64,000 nucleotides of DNA from an uncultured Candidatus Binatia bacterium (GCA_965213675.1 OZ243916.1:1248001-1312000), one strand, 5' to 3'; numbered from the stretch's first letter, positions 10,399 through 21,358 are shown. Notes: generated by a model from the letters alone, not told the origin. Made by a program: numbers and translations.

Positions 10399-10586
10399 GG
10401 AGCGCCCCACGGTTTTCGATTCGAGAACGACGAGGTATTCCGTGGATGCGGACTGGGTGAATTGCCATTGAGTCGAGGAGAACAAGCAAGCCGACTGATC
10501 CATCTCCGCCCGCTTGGTTCGTGCCGGCTTGGGGAGGATGGACCTCGCCGTGCTTCGAAGACCCCGAGACAGCCTGGAGACACGTC

Positions 10587-11633
10587 ATGACCGCAACGCA
10601 GGATCTGACCGGACTGAACGATTTTCTCGCCGAGCGCTGGCTTTCGGGCTTGTGGAAGCTTGATCGCAAGGAACGCACGGCCGACCCGCGGACCCAGGTG
10701 GTGCCGCACCTGTGGAAGTGGGACGACGTCCACCAGAGCCTGCTCCAGGCCCGGGACCGCATCGGCATCGAGAAGGGGCGCACGGAGCGCCGCACCATCC
10801 GGCTGGTCAACCCGGGCATGCGGCACACGGAGATGACCAGCCACACCATGCTGCTGGCCTGCCAGATGATCCAGCCGGGTGAGGTGGCGCCCGCCCACCG
10901 CCACAGCATGGCGGCCCTCCGCTTCATCGTCCAGGGCGAGGGCGCCTACACCGTGGTCAACGGCGAGAAGCTCATGATGGCCGCGGGAGACCTCATCCTC
11001 ACGCCCCAGGGCACTTGGCACGACCACGGCCACGAAGGCAGCGCGCCCATGGTGTGGCTGGACGGCCTCGACGTGCCGCTCATCCAGTCGCTCCAGGTGA
11101 TCTCCTACGAACCCTATGCCGAGGAGAAGCAGGCCACCCACGCCAGCGCGCAGGATGCGTCGCATTTCGGCATGACCCGTCCGGTGCGTTCCGGCGACCC
11201 ATCGGCGCCCGCGCCGCTCCACTACCGCTGGGACGACACCTGGCGCTCGCTGCAGGCGCTGGCCCGGACCGCCTGCGACCCGTACGACGGCGTGGCGCTC
11301 GACTACGTGAATCCCCTCACCGGCGGCGCCACCCTGCCCACACTGGCGTGCCGCGCGCAGATGCTGCGCCCGGGAGAGCGCACCCGCGCGCATCGCCACA
11401 ACAGCACCGCCATCTACCACGCGTTCCGCGGCAGCGGCGCCACCGTCATCAACGGCGAGACCATGGAATGGGATCAGGGCGACAGCTTCATCGTACCGTT
11501 GTGGAGCTGGCACGAGCACCGGAACCGCTCCGCCGAAGCGGAGACGATCCTGTTCTGCATGCACGACGCCCCGGTGCTGGAGGCGTTCGGGTTGCACCGG
11601 CAGGAGCGTATGGAGGATGCCCGATCATATTGA
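10587..11633 (+). CDS. Gentisate 1,2-dioxygenase-like bicupin
   Basis: ERRTIRLVNPG, PGEVAPAHRHS, WHDH, WLDGLDVP, YVNPLTGG, WHEH. Confidence 0.85.
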   Translation: MTATQDLTGLNDFLAERWLSGLWKLDRKERTADPRTQVVPHLWKWDDVHQSLLQARDRIGIEKGRTERRTIRLVNPGMRHTEMTSHTMLLACQMIQPGEVAPAHRHSMAALRFIVQGEGAYTVVNGEKLMMAAGDLILTPQGTWHDHGHEGSAPMVWLDGLDVPLIQSLQVISYEPYAEEKQATHASAQDASHFGMTRPVRSGDPSAPAPLHYRWDDTWRSLQALARTACDPYDGVALDYVNPLTGGATLPTLACRAQMLRPGERTRAHRHNSTAIYHAFRGSGATVINGETMEWDQGDSFIVPLWSWHEHRNRSAEAETILFCMHDAPVLEAFGLHRQERMEDARSY

Positions 11634-11704
11634 CACGATTCCGGGAACCGAATAGTTTACGCGCTTTCCTTACCTGCAACCGTTGGACCAAGGAGGACTC
11701 GACC

Positions 11705-12754
11705 ATGAAACGCACTCGCGCCACAGGCATCGTCACGGTGCTCGCCGCCATCGCTTTGCTGGCAACCGCCGCGCCGGCGGCGGATTACTATGCAGGAAAG
11801 ACCATCACGGTGCTGGTGTCGTCCAGCCCCGGCGGCGGCACGGACACCACGGCCCGGCTGGTCTCCCGTTACCTGCCCAGGTTCATACCCGGCAATCCCG
11901 ATACCATCGTCCGCAACATGCCCGGCGGCGGCGGCACCGTGGCCAACAACTACTTCACGCGCCGGGCCAAGGCGGACGGCCTGACCATGTCCCAGGACTC
12001 CTCGTCGGCGCTGAGCACCTACGTGCGCGGCGGCAAGCGGGTCAAGTACAACCCGCGGGAGTACAACTACATCGGCTCCATCATGCGCGGCGGCAGCATC
12101 CTCATGGTGCGCAAGGACGCGCGCGCCCGTCTCACCGACCCCAAGGCGAAACCCGTGGTGGTGGGCGATTCCGACGGCATCCGCACCTGGGTGGCCATGA
12201 CCGTGTGGGGCGCCAAGTACCTGGATTGGAACAGCCGCTGGATCTTCGGCTACGCGGGCACCGGCGAGATGGTGCTGGCGCTGCGTCAGGGCGAAATCGA
12301 AATGTGGGGCACCGGCAACGCCAAGCTCATCCGGGACCTTGAGAAGGACGGCGTCGTCGACCCGCTGGTGCTGCTCACGGACAAACGCCGCCCGGATTTT
12401 CCCAACGTTCCGACCTTTGGCGAACTCCTCGGCGACAAGAAGCCATCCGGCGTCGCCTGGAAGGCCTACAAGGTGTGGACCCGGCCCTCCGACGTGGACA
12501 AGTTCCTGTCCCTGCCCAAGGGCACACCGGCGAACGTCGTGAAGATTCTGCGCGACGCCTGGGGCAAGATGGTGCAGGACGCCAGTTTCCAGTCCGAAGC
12601 CACGAAGTTCTTTGGCGAGGCATGGAGAGCGCGCGACGGCGCGGCCACCGCGGAACTCGTGCTGGAAGCCACCGACGCCACCCAGGAGGTCCAGGACTTC
12701 CTGTTCAACATCCGCAAGGAGTTCGGCCTGCCCACGGGCAAGAAGAAGAAATAG
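11705..12754 (+). CDS. tctC: Tripartite tricarboxylate transporter substrate-binding protein (TctC/Bug)
   Basis: Signal peptide; PGGGTD..AR, NMPGGGG, PNVPT. GGAGG RBS. Confidence 0.85.
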   Translation: MKRTRATGIVTVLAAIALLATAAPAADYYAGKTITVLVSSSPGGGTDTTARLVSRYLPRFIPGNPDTIVRNMPGGGGTVANNYFTRRAKADGLTMSQDSSSALSTYVRGGKRVKYNPREYNYIGSIMRGGSILMVRKDARARLTDPKAKPVVVGDSDGIRTWVAMTVWGAKYLDWNSRWIFGYAGTGEMVLALRQGEIEMWGTGNAKLIRDLEKDGVVDPLVLLTDKRRPDFPNVPTFGELLGDKKPSGVAWKAYKVWTRPSDVDKFLSLPKGTPANVVKILRDAWGKMVQDASFQSEATKFFGEAWRARDGAATAELVLEATDATQEVQDFLFNIRKEFGLPTGKKKK

Positions 12755-12761
12755 CCAACGG

Positions 12762-14261
12762 ATGCTCGAAGCCGCGTTCGACGGCCTGCTTGGCGTCCTG
12801 ACTCCGCAGTCCCTGGGCATGATGGCCCTGGGAGTGCTGATCGGCAGCGCGGTGGGGTTCCTGCCCGGCATTGGCGGCCCCACCACGCTGGCGATCATGC
12901 TGCCCTTCGTGATGACCATGGATGACCCCTATCCGGTCATCGCCCTGCTGGTGGGTCTGGACGCCGTGGGCAACACCGCCAGCGCGTTTCCCTCCATCCT
13001 CATCTCCATCCCGGGAAGCTCCGGCTCCCAGGCCACCATTCTGGACGGTTATCCTCTGGCCAGGCAGGGCCAGGCCGCGCGGGCGCTGAGCGCGTCCTTC
13101 GCGGCCTCGCTGCTGGGCGGGTTCGTCGGCGCCCTGGTGCTGGTGGCGTCGCTGCCGATCCTGCGCCCGCTGGTGTTGACCTTCGGCTCGCCGGAGTTTT
13201 TCGTGTTGACACTGTGGGGCCTCACCATGGTGGCGGTGCTGAGCGGCGACGCCCCGATGAAGGGCATCATCGCCGGCATCATCGGCGTGCTCGTGGCCAC
13301 CGTGGGAATGGACACCAAGTCCGGGATTCCCCGCTTCGATTTCGACTACGACTACCTCTGGGACGGCGTCAGCCTCATCATCGTCGCCCTGGGCCTGTTC
13401 GGCATCCCCGAGATCATCGACCTGGCGAGCCGCAAGACCAGCATCGCCGAGAGTGAAGAGTTGGGCAGCGGCTTCGGGCAGGGCATCAAGGACGTGTTCC
13501 AGCACTGGTGGCTGATGGTGCGCTCTTCGGCCCTCGGCGCCTGGGTGGGCTTTCTGCCCGGCCTGGGCAGTTCCGTGGCCGACTGGTTCGCCTATGCCCA
13601 CGCGGTGCAGACCGAGAAGGACACCGGGAACTTCGGCAAGGGCGACATCCGCGGCGTCATCGCGCCCGAGGCGTCCAATAACGCCAAGGAAGGGGGCGGC
13701 TACATCCCCACCCTGGCATTCGGCATCCCGGGCAGCACGTCCACGGCCCTGATCCTCACCGCCTTCGTGGCCGTGGGCATCAAACCCGGCCCGGACATGC
13801 TGACCACGCAGCTCGACCTCACCTTCGCGGTCATCTGGACGCTGGTCATCGGCAACGTCCTCGCCGTGGCCATATGCGGCGCCCTGGCCAAGCCCATGGC
13901 GCGGGCCTGCTTCATGCCGTTCCACAGCATCGTCCCGCTGGTGGCCGTTTTCGTCTTCATCGGCGCCTTCTCGGCCAACTTCAGCCTCCACGACCTGCAC
14001 GCCCTGCTGGCGTTCTCCCTCCTGGGCTTCATGATGCGCCGGCACGGCTGGCCGCGCCCGCCGCTGCTCCTGGGGGTGGTGCTGGGCACCAAGATGGAAA
14101 CCTACCTGTGGCTGTCCTATACGCGGTACGGGCTGGAGTGGCTGCTGCGGCCCGCGGTGGTCATCCTGCTGATCCTGGTGGCGGCGTCGCTCTGCTATCC
14201 GATCCTGAAGGAACGGCGCGAGCGCCGCGGCGAGGCGGCGGAGGGAGCGCCGAAACCATGA
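12762..14261 (+). CDS. tctA: Tripartite tricarboxylate transporter large permease TctA
   Basis: GFLPGIGG, ATILDGYPLARQG, APEASNNA, PTLAFGIPGS. Confidence 0.9.
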   Translation: MLEAAFDGLLGVLTPQSLGMMALGVLIGSAVGFLPGIGGPTTLAIMLPFVMTMDDPYPVIALLVGLDAVGNTASAFPSILISIPGSSGSQATILDGYPLARQGQAARALSASFAASLLGGFVGALVLVASLPILRPLVLTFGSPEFFVLTLWGLTMVAVLSGDAPMKGIIAGIIGVLVATVGMDTKSGIPRFDFDYDYLWDGVSLIIVALGLFGIPEIIDLASRKTSIAESEELGSGFGQGIKDVFQHWWLMVRSSALGAWVGFLPGLGSSVADWFAYAHAVQTEKDTGNFGKGDIRGVIAPEASNNAKEGGGYIPTLAFGIPGSTSTALILTAFVAVGIKPGPDMLTTQLDLTFAVIWTLVIGNVLAVAICGALAKPMARACFMPFHSIVPLVAVFVFIGAFSANFSLHDLHALLAFSLLGFMMRRHGWPRPPLLLGVVLGTKMETYLWLSYTRYGLEWLLRPAVVILLILVAASLCYPILKERRERRGEAAEGAPKP

Positions 14262-14755
14262 ATGGGGACAGGCGGCTGCGCTACGAGGGCGTGCTCTTCA
14301 CCGTGATCATCGGGCTGGTGCTGCTCTGGGCGCTGCGCGTGGCCGACGATTGGGACGAGCTGCGCGCGTCCATCATCGTGTTCGTCCTCGGCGGGGCCGG
14401 AGTCCTCCTGACCGTGCTCCAGGTCGTGAAGGACCTGTGGCCGCGCCGCGGCCAAGGTCAGGCCAAAGGCATCCACTTCGACGCACCGGCCCTCAAATCG
14501 GGCGGCCGCTGGGGGAATTTCGAAATCTGGGGCTGGATTCTGGGTTTCTATGCCGCCATCCGGCTCATCGGCTTCCTCACCGCGGTGCCGCTCTTCGTCT
14601 TCGGCTACGCCAGGACCTACGGCGCGGGCTGGCTCCTGGCGAGCCTCCTGGCGGCGGCGGCCTGGGGGTTCGTCTACGGCGTCTTCGAGCACATCCTGCA
14701 CGTGCCCTGGCCGGAGCCGCTGCTGGCGAGTTTCCTGCGTGGAAGCGAGGCTTGA
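14258..14755 (+). CDS. tctB: Tripartite tricarboxylate transporter small subunit TctB
   Basis: About four TM helices, VFEHILHVPWP C-terminus, ATGA overlap with tctA. Confidence 0.8.
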   Translation: MNGDRRLRYEGVLFTVIIGLVLLWALRVADDWDELRASIIVFVLGGAGVLLTVLQVVKDLWPRRGQGQAKGIHFDAPALKSGGRWGNFEIWGWILGFYAAIRLIGFLTAVPLFVFGYARTYGAGWLLASLLAAAAWGFVYGVFEHILHVPWPEPLLASFLRGSEA

Positions 14756-14835
14756 GCGCGCCATGCCACGGTCGCGCCGGCGGGTCCCGGAACGACCGCG
14801 CTCACGGCGCATCCGCCAGGATTGGCGCGCTCGCC

Positions 14836-15630
14836 CTACCGCGTCAACACCGAGGTGACGCCGCGACCGGCGTCGGTGTGGATGACCTCGCCGGTCATGA
14901 TCCGGGACTGGGACGAGGCCAGCATCACATAGGCGGCGGCGTGGTCCTCCGGCATCACCGAGACCTCCAGCAGGTTCTTGCTGAGCCCCGCGGGGGGCCG
15001 CGGCGCTCCGAAAACGTCGTCGCCGCCGGCGCCGGCGGCGAGGGACGGGGCCGCGCGCAACCCGGTGGCGGTGCCCGAGGGCGCCACGCCGTTGACCCGG
15101 ACCGTGGGCGCCAGTTCGTTGGCCAACTGCCGCACCATGCCCAGCGCCGCGTGCTTGGAGGCCACGTACAAGGCCCCCCCACTGACGTAGAAGGACGACG
15201 TCGAAAGCGTGAACACCATGTTGCCGCGGGTCTTCGTCAGCTCGGGGATGGCGGCCTTGGCGCCCAGAAAGTAACCCTTCACGTTGACCCCCAGGACCTC
15301 GTCGTAGCCCCGCTCCAGTTCCTCGTCCGAGAGTTCCGCCAGAGGCCGGCGCGCGTCGTGAATGCCCGCGTTGCCCACGAACACCGTGAGCTTGCCGAAT
15401 TCCGAGACCGCGGTCGCCACCGCGCGCCGGTTGTCCTCCAGGCTGCGCACGTCGCCGGAGACCACGGCTACCTCGGCGCCCATCTCCTCCTTGAGGTCGG
15501 CCAGCCGCTGTGCCGAACGGTCGAAGGCCACGACCTTCGCGCCTTCCTCCACGAACCGCGTCACCACCGCCTTGCCGATCCCTGATCCGGCGCCGGTCAC
15601 GACGGCCACTTCGTTCTCAAGCCATTGCAT
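14836..15630 (-). CDS. SDR oxidoreductase, BphB/HcaB-like cis-dihydrodiol dehydrogenase
   Basis: TGAGSGIG, GNAGI, VNVKGY, YVASK catalytic YxxxK, LANELAP.VRVNGVAP. GAGGAGG RBS. Confidence 0.8.
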   Translation of the reverse strand: MQWLENEVAVVTGAGSGIGKAVVTRFVEEGAKVVAFDRSAQRLADLKEEMGAEVAVVSGDVRSLEDNRRAVATAVSEFGKLTVFVGNAGIHDARRPLAELSDEELERGYDEVLGVNVKGYFLGAKAAIPELTKTRGNMVFTLSTSSFYVSGGALYVASKHAALGMVRQLANELAPTVRVNGVAPSGTATGLRAAPSLAAGAGGDDVFGAPRPPAGLSKNLLEVSVMPEDHAAAYVMLASSQSRIMTGEVIHTDAGRGVTSVLTR

Positions 15631-15829
15631 GGACGTTACCTCCTCAAGGCGATGGATACCCATTTGTAGGGGACAGGCCGGCAGAAAGCGAACCGCGGAC
15701 GGACCTTGACACTTCCGCGCGACGGGGCATAGATTCGCCCACAGAGTTGCTCTGTGTGCCCAACGCGTTCGGCGCCGACCACCACGCGCCGTCAGGGCGT
15801 CCGCCCCCGGACGCCGGGAGATGGATCCC

Positions 15830-16684
15830 ATGAACCTCACCGTCAAGCCCGTTTCCTCCGCCATCGGCGCCGAGATCGAGGGTCTGGACCTGCGGAAGAC
15901 GCTGGACCCCGAGGCCCGCGCGGCCGTCCTGGACGCGTTTCACGAGCACGTGCTGCTGCTGTTCCGAGGGCAGGACCTCACCGAGGATCAGCAGACGGCG
16001 TTCGCCACGACCTTCGGCGAGTTGGGCAAGCGCACCGTGGGGGCGCGTTTCGCCAAGTCCCCGCGGGATGCCTACGCCAGCCCGGTGATGATGGTCACCA
16101 ACCGTGCGCAGGAGGGTCCCACGGGGGGCACGGCGTCGTTCGGCGACGGCGAGATGTGGTTCCACCACGACACCTGCTTCTACCCGGTGCCCAACATCGT
16201 CACCATGTTGTACGGCATCGAGGTCACCACCGAGGGCGGACTCACGCGCGTCGCCAACATGTACCGCGCCTACGACAACATCCCGCGCGACCTGCGCCAC
16301 CGGCTGGAGGGGCGCACCGTGCTGCAGGTGTACGACTACAACCGCTACCGCATTGATCCCAACGTGGACATGACCGGCGCCCGCAGCCACGCGCAGCCCA
16401 TCTTCGTGCGCCACCCGGTCACCGGCCGGAAGGCGCTGTACGTGAACCGCACCATGACCGCACGGATCGAAGGCATGGACCCGGCCGAGAGCGACGCCAT
16501 CCTCGACGAACTGTTCGACATCGCGGAGGACGACCGTATCGTCTACGACCACTCGTGGCGGGTGGGCGACCTGCTCATGTGGGACAACCGCTGCTCCATT
16601 CACGCGCGCACCGACTTCCCCGCCGCGGAGGCGCGCATTCTACGGCGCTGCACCGTGGCCGGGAAGGAGCCGGTCCGGGCCTGA
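15830..16684 (+). CDS. TauD/TfdA family 2OG-Fe(II) dioxygenase
   Basis: IGAEIEGLDL, WFHHD, HPVTGRKALYVN, WDNRCSIHAR. An alternative start lies at 15821. Confidence 0.92.
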   Translation: MNLTVKPVSSAIGAEIEGLDLRKTLDPEARAAVLDAFHEHVLLLFRGQDLTEDQQTAFATTFGELGKRTVGARFAKSPRDAYASPVMMVTNRAQEGPTGGTASFGDGEMWFHHDTCFYPVPNIVTMLYGIEVTTEGGLTRVANMYRAYDNIPRDLRHRLEGRTVLQVYDYNRYRIDPNVDMTGARSHAQPIFVRHPVTGRKALYVNRTMTARIEGMDPAESDAILDELFDIAEDDRIVYDHSWRVGDLLMWDNRCSIHARTDFPAAEARILRRCTVAGKEPVRA

Positions 16685-16736
16685 GCCGCGGCGCGCCGGC
16701 GCGATACAGGACGGATTCGATCTGGAGGACCAAGAC

Positions 16737-17594
16737 ATGAGCCTGCAAACGAGACCGCTGTCACCGGCCCTGGGCGTGGAAGTCCTGGGACTGGACGTGA
16801 GCGAGCCGTTGGACGACAAGGTCCGCGGCGACATCCTCGACGCGTTCTACGCAAACGTCGCCCTGCTCTTCCGAGGCCAGAGTCTCACCGTGGAACAGCA
16901 GAACCGCTTCACCACCACTTTCGGAGACATCGGCAAGCGCACCATCGGGCCACGCCTGCGGCAGTCCGCCGACGACATCTACACCACGCCGGTGATGGTG
17001 GTGAGCAACATCCGTGAGAACGGGAAGCCCCTGGCAGGGGCCTCGGCCAACGGCGACCGGGAAATGGGGTTCCACCAGGACACCGCGTTCCACGAAATCC
17101 CGGACCACGTCACCATCCTCTACGGCATCGAGGTGTCCAGCCAGGGCGGCCACACCATGTTGACCAACCAGTACGCGGCCCACGACCGGGTCCCCGCGGA
17201 CCTCAAAACGAAGCTGGAGGGACGCCAGGTGCTGCAGGTCTACGACTACCAGCGGCACACCGTGGACGCCGACATCGACCTCGACGGCGCCCGCTACTAC
17301 GTGCAACCCATCTTCATCACCCACCCCGTAACCGGACGCCGGGCGCTCTACGTCAACCGCATGATGTCGGTGCGCATCGAAGGCATGGATCGGACCGAGA
17401 GCGACGCCATCCTGAGCGACCTGTTCGATATCGCCGAGGACCCGAGCGTCCGGTACGAGCACGTCTGGGAGGTCGGCGACCTGCTGATGTGGGACAACTT
17501 CTGCTCCATCCACGCGCGCACCTTCTACCCCGACCACGAGCGCCGGCTGCTGCGGCGCACCACGGTGGCGGGCAAGGAACGGCTGCACGCGTAA
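16737..17594 (+). CDS. TauD/TfdA family 2OG-Fe(II) dioxygenase (tandem paralog)
   Basis: FHQD, HPVTGRRALYVN, WDNFCSIHAR. Confidence 0.92.
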   Translation: MSLQTRPLSPALGVEVLGLDVSEPLDDKVRGDILDAFYANVALLFRGQSLTVEQQNRFTTTFGDIGKRTIGPRLRQSADDIYTTPVMVVSNIRENGKPLAGASANGDREMGFHQDTAFHEIPDHVTILYGIEVSSQGGHTMLTNQYAAHDRVPADLKTKLEGRQVLQVYDYQRHTVDADIDLDGARYYVQPIFITHPVTGRRALYVNRMMSVRIEGMDRTESDAILSDLFDIAEDPSVRYEHVWEVGDLLMWDNFCSIHARTFYPDHERRLLRRTTVAGKERLHA

Positions 17595-17733
17595 GGCTGG
17601 GTGCGAGCACCCCCCGGCATCTGCCCTGGTTCAGGGCAAGCCCGGACCCACGCCCCGCGTCTTGGCACGTCCTGGGTTACGGGAAGGCCGGACGGCCTGA
17701 TGCATGCCGTGGACGCGGCGCTCTAGTGTGGTG

Positions 17734-18129
17734 TCATGTGAGTCCGGTCTTGACCTCGACCTGGTTGCCGTCAGGGTCGAGGATGTACTGCGAGTCGCTG
17801 CGTCCGGTGGCGCCGGTTCGCGGCACCACGCCGCCTTCAAGCCGCACGCCCGTGGCCTGGATGCGTTCCAGGATGTCCCGGAATTCGGAGTCGGTGAAGG
17901 TCAGGCAGAAATGGTCCACCCCGCCGTGCTCCTCGTGGCTGCGGGCCTGGAACGAAGGCTCGTGCAGCAGAAAGAGGATGCTTCCGCCCACCTGCATGGC
18001 CGCCGCCTCGACGTTGCTGCTGCCGAGCATGCGACGATCCACCATCTCGAAGCCGAAGAGATCGCTGTAGAACCGGATGGAGCGGTCGAGGTCGGTGACC
18101 TTGACCCCCACGTGGTCGAGTAACGGCAT
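17734..18129 (-). CDS. VOC/glyoxalase family protein
   Basis: LDHVGVKVTDLDRSIRFY, VDHFCL, YILDPDGNQVE. AAGGAGG RBS. Confidence 0.85.
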   Translation of the reverse strand: MPLLDHVGVKVTDLDRSIRFYSDLFGFEMVDRRMLGSSNVEAAAMQVGGSILFLLHEPSFQARSHEEHGGVDHFCLTFTDSEFRDILERIQATGVRLEGGVVPRTGATGRSDSQYILDPDGNQVEVKTGLT

Positions 18130-18264
18130 CACGCACCTCCTTGTCAGACGAGAAGTCTATACCCCGGAGAAGCCCTGTTGGGTATCGGAACTCACCGCAA
18201 GCTTCATGAGCGACGCGGGATCGGGTAGACTGGCAGGCAAACCTGGAAGGCCCCACTCCTACCC

Positions 18265-20607
18265 ATGAGCAAGACCCCAAAGAACGACACCGCCGGTCGG
18301 CGCGAGCCCCCGCTGGACTTCATCCGCACCATCGTCCGGGACGACCTGGCCCACGGCAAGCACCCCGGCGTCGTCACGCGCTTTCCGCCCGAGCCCAACG
18401 GCTTTCTCCACATCGGCCACGCCAAGTCCATCTGCCTGAACTTCGGCGTCGCCCGGGAGTTCGGCGGGCGCTGCAACCTGCGCTTCGACGACACCGACCC
18501 GGCCAAGGAGGACACGCTTTTCGTCGAAGCCATCCAGGACAACATTCGCTGGCTGGGATTCGACTGGGGCGCGGGCCTGTACAACGCCTCCGACTACTTC
18601 GAGGACTTGTACCGCTTCGCCGTGCAGCTCATCGAGCGCGGCGGCGCCTACGTATGCAGCCTGAGCGAGGCGGACATCCGCGAAACCCGCGGCACGGTCA
18701 CGGAGCCGGGCCGCGGGAGCCCCTACCGCCACCGTTCGGTGTCCGAAAACCTGGAGCTTTTCGCCCGCATGCGCCACGGCGAGTTCCCCGACGGCGCCCA
18801 CGTGCTGCGGGCGAAGATCGACATGGCGTCCCCCAACATGAAGATGCGCGACCCCGTGATCTATCGCATTCGTCATGTCACCCACCACCACACCGGCGAC
18901 GCCTGGCCCATCTATCCCATGTACGACTTCGCCCATCCGCTGTCGGACGCGCTGGAAGGGGTCACCCACTCGCTCTGCACCCTGGAGTTCGAGAACAACC
19001 GTGAATTCTACGACTGGATTCTCGCGCAGGTGGACGCCCCCTCCACCCCGCGCCAGATCGAGTTCGCCCGGTTGAACCTCGACTACACGGTGATGAGCAA
19101 ACGCCGCCTTCTGGAACTGGTGGAGGAAAAGCGCGTCTCGGGCTGGGACGATCCGCGCATGCCCACGCTGGCGGGGCTGCGGCGGCGCGGCTACACCCCC
19201 GAGGCCATCCGCGCCTTCTGCCACAGCGTAGGCATCGCCAAGAGCGACAACACAGTGGAGATGGGCCAGCTCGAGCACTTCATCCGCGACGACTTGAACC
19301 ACAAGGCGCCGCGGGTGCTGGCCGTGGAGCGCCCCCTCAAGGTGGTGTTGACCAATTACCCGGAAGATCGCGTGGAGGAACTGGACGCCCCGTGCTACCC
19401 GCATGACGTGCCCCTGGAAGGTTCGCGCGCGGTACCCTTCTCCCGGGAACTCTACATCGAGCGGGACGACTTTCTCGAAGAGCCGCCCAGGGGCTACCAC
19501 CGGCTCGCGCCGGGACGCGAGGTGCGGCTGCGCTACGCCTACATCATCCGGTGCGACGAGGTGGTCACGGACCCGGCCACGGGTGAGGTGACGGAGCTGC
19601 GCTGCTCCTACGATCCGGAAACCCGGAGCGGTTCGGACACCAGCGGCAAGAAGGTGCAGGGCACCATCCACTGGGTGTCCGCCGTCCACGCCATCGAAGC
19701 CGAACTGCGTCTCTACGACCGGTTGTTCTCCGTACCGGACCCCCAGGGCGACCCCGAGCGGGACTACCGGGAACGGCTGAACCCCAAGTCTCTCGAATCC
19801 GTCAAGGGACTCGTGGAACCGAGCCTCGGCGCCGCCCGCCCCGGCGAACGGTTCCAGTTCGAGCGCCTGGGATACTTCTGCGTGGATCCGGAGTCCACCG
19901 CCGGCGCGCTGGTGTTCAACCGCATCGTCACGCTGCGGGACTCGTGGCTCAAGATCGTGCAACGGGGTGACGGCAACGCGCCCAGGCGGCCCCGGCGACC
20001 CCGGGCCGCTCCAGGAAACCAAGCCCAGGCTCCAGTGGAGCGCAAGTCCCCGGAGCACGCCGAACTGACGCCGGGCCAACGCGCCAGGATGGAGCATTAC
20101 CGCGACCGGCTCGGACTCGCAGGCAACGACGCGCGCCTGTTGGCCTCGGACGACGGCCTGGCAGGGTTCTTCGAGGAGGCGGTGCGCGCCTGCGACAACG
20201 CCAGATCGGCAGCCAACTGGGTCATCCACGAGTTGCGCGCGCACCTCAAGGAAACGCCTGTGGAATCGCTGCCGCTGACCCCGGCGGCTCTGGCGGAACT
20301 GGTATCCCTCATCGACGCCCGCACCATCTCCGGCAACGCCGCCAAGCGGGTCTTCGCCGAAATGGTAGTGGAAGGAGGACGCCCTGCCGACATCGTTGAT
20401 CGGCTGGGCCTCCGGCAGGTGGCGGACGCCGGCCAACTGGAACCCGTGGTGGACGCCGTCATCACCGCCCACCCGGACAACGTCGCCCTCTACCGCCAGG
20501 GCAAGTCCAATCTATTGGGATTCTTCGTCGGCCAAGTGATGAAGTCCACCCAAGGCAAGGCCGACCCCCGCCTGGTGAACGAGTTGCTGCGCGCGAAGCT
20601 GGACTGA
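18265..20607 (+). CDS. glnS: Glutamine--tRNA ligase with C-terminal YqeY/GatB-like domain
   Basis: [30 protein letters not shown], followed by [17 protein letters not shown]. Confidence 0.96.
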   Translation: MSKTPKNDTAGRREPPLDFIRTIVRDDLAHGKHPGVVTRFPPEPNGFLHIGHAKSICLNFGVAREFGGRCNLRFDDTDPAKEDTLFVEAIQDNIRWLGFDWGAGLYNASDYFEDLYRFAVQLIERGGAYVCSLSEADIRETRGTVTEPGRGSPYRHRSVSENLELFARMRHGEFPDGAHVLRAKIDMASPNMKMRDPVIYRIRHVTHHHTGDAWPIYPMYDFAHPLSDALEGVTHSLCTLEFENNREFYDWILAQVDAPSTPRQIEFARLNLDYTVMSKRRLLELVEEKRVSGWDDPRMPTLAGLRRRGYTPEAIRAFCHSVGIAKSDNTVEMGQLEHFIRDDLNHKAPRVLAVERPLKVVLTNYPEDRVEELDAPCYPHDVPLEGSRAVPFSRELYIERDDFLEEPPRGYHRLAPGREVRLRYAYIIRCDEVVTDPATGEVTELRCSYDPETRSGSDTSGKKVQGTIHWVSAVHAIEAELRLYDRLFSVPDPQGDPERDYRERLNPKSLESVKGLVEPSLGAARPGERFQFERLGYFCVDPESTAGALVFNRIVTLRDSWLKIVQRGDGNAPRRPRRPRAAPGNQAQAPVERKSPEHAELTPGQRARMEHYRDRLGLAGNDARLLASDDGLAGFFEEAVRACDNARSAANWVIHELRAHLKETPVESLPLTPAALAELVSLIDARTISGNAAKRVFAEMVVEGGRPADIVDRLGLRQVADAGQLEPVVDAVITAHPDNVALYRQGKSNLLGFFVGQVMKSTQGKADPRLVNELLRAKLD

Positions 20608-20650
20608 CCCCCGAACCCGCTGGAGACGCTGGCGCGCCCCCCCTCAACCC

Positions 20651-20723
20651 GTCATTACCCGCCCCACCCCACCTGGATTCCCGCCCCCGATCGGGGTCGA
20701 GGGCAAGCTTTCGCGGGAATGAC
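20651..20723. repeat. REP/dRS3-like palindrome with an internal hairpin insert
   Basis: CTGGATTCCCGC-[CCCCGATCGGGG...]-TTCGCGGGAATGAC, between convergent genes. Confidence 0.7.
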
Positions 20724-20815
20724 ACATGGGTGGGGCCGATTTTCATCCCCTCGCGTGTCGACCGCAAGCCAACATGCGAGATTCCCGGACAACTGCAAAG
20801 CGTGATCTGGCTGTA

Positions 20816-21358
20816 TCACTTCTTCGTGCGGAAGGCTCGATGGCAGTCCGAACAGGTCCGTTGCAGGCGCTCGAAGACGGCGTCCGGGGCCATGGCGGTG
20901 AAATCCTGGGGTCCGGAGCCTGGTTGGGTCCCTGCGCCCGCTGCAGATCCTCTCGACGCCCGGCCGCTCCCGGCGTACGCCCGTTCATGGGATGCCGTCG
21001 CCGCCAGCGCATCCGCGGCTTCGCCGAGTTGATGCGCCAACTCGGCGAAGCCGTTCCAGTCGGCCCATATGGCGGGCTTGGCCCGCGTCGGGTGCTTCAG
21101 GCTGCCCTCGGGAAACAACGCCATCATCTTGTCGCCCGCACGCCCCGCGATGGCCCCGGCGTACGCCGTGACGCGCTCCGCCTCGTAGGCTTGGGTTCCA
21201 CGCATCATCGCCCGCAGCGACTTCATGGCATCCCCCATGGCAGTCATGGCGTCCATGCGCTGCTTGACGATGCCAGTGGCGTCACGGTGCGCAAGCGCCA
21301 CGCCGGCAATCAGGATGAGTGCCGCGGCGGTGACCGCCAGCCGCAAGAGTCGTGTCAT
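20816..21358 (-). CDS. Cytochrome c'/c556 (class II) periplasmic protein
   Basis: Signal peptide, R...M..MG, AKPAIWADW, C-terminal CSDCH. Confidence 0.85.
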   Translation of the reverse strand: MTRLLRLAVTAAALILIAGVALAHRDATGIVKQRMDAMTAMGDAMKSLRAMMRGTQAYEAERVTAYAGAIAGRAGDKMMALFPEGSLKHPTRAKPAIWADWNGFAELAHQLGEAADALAATASHERAYAGSGRASRGSAAGAGTQPGSGPQDFTAMAPDAVFERLQRTCSDCHRAFRTKK

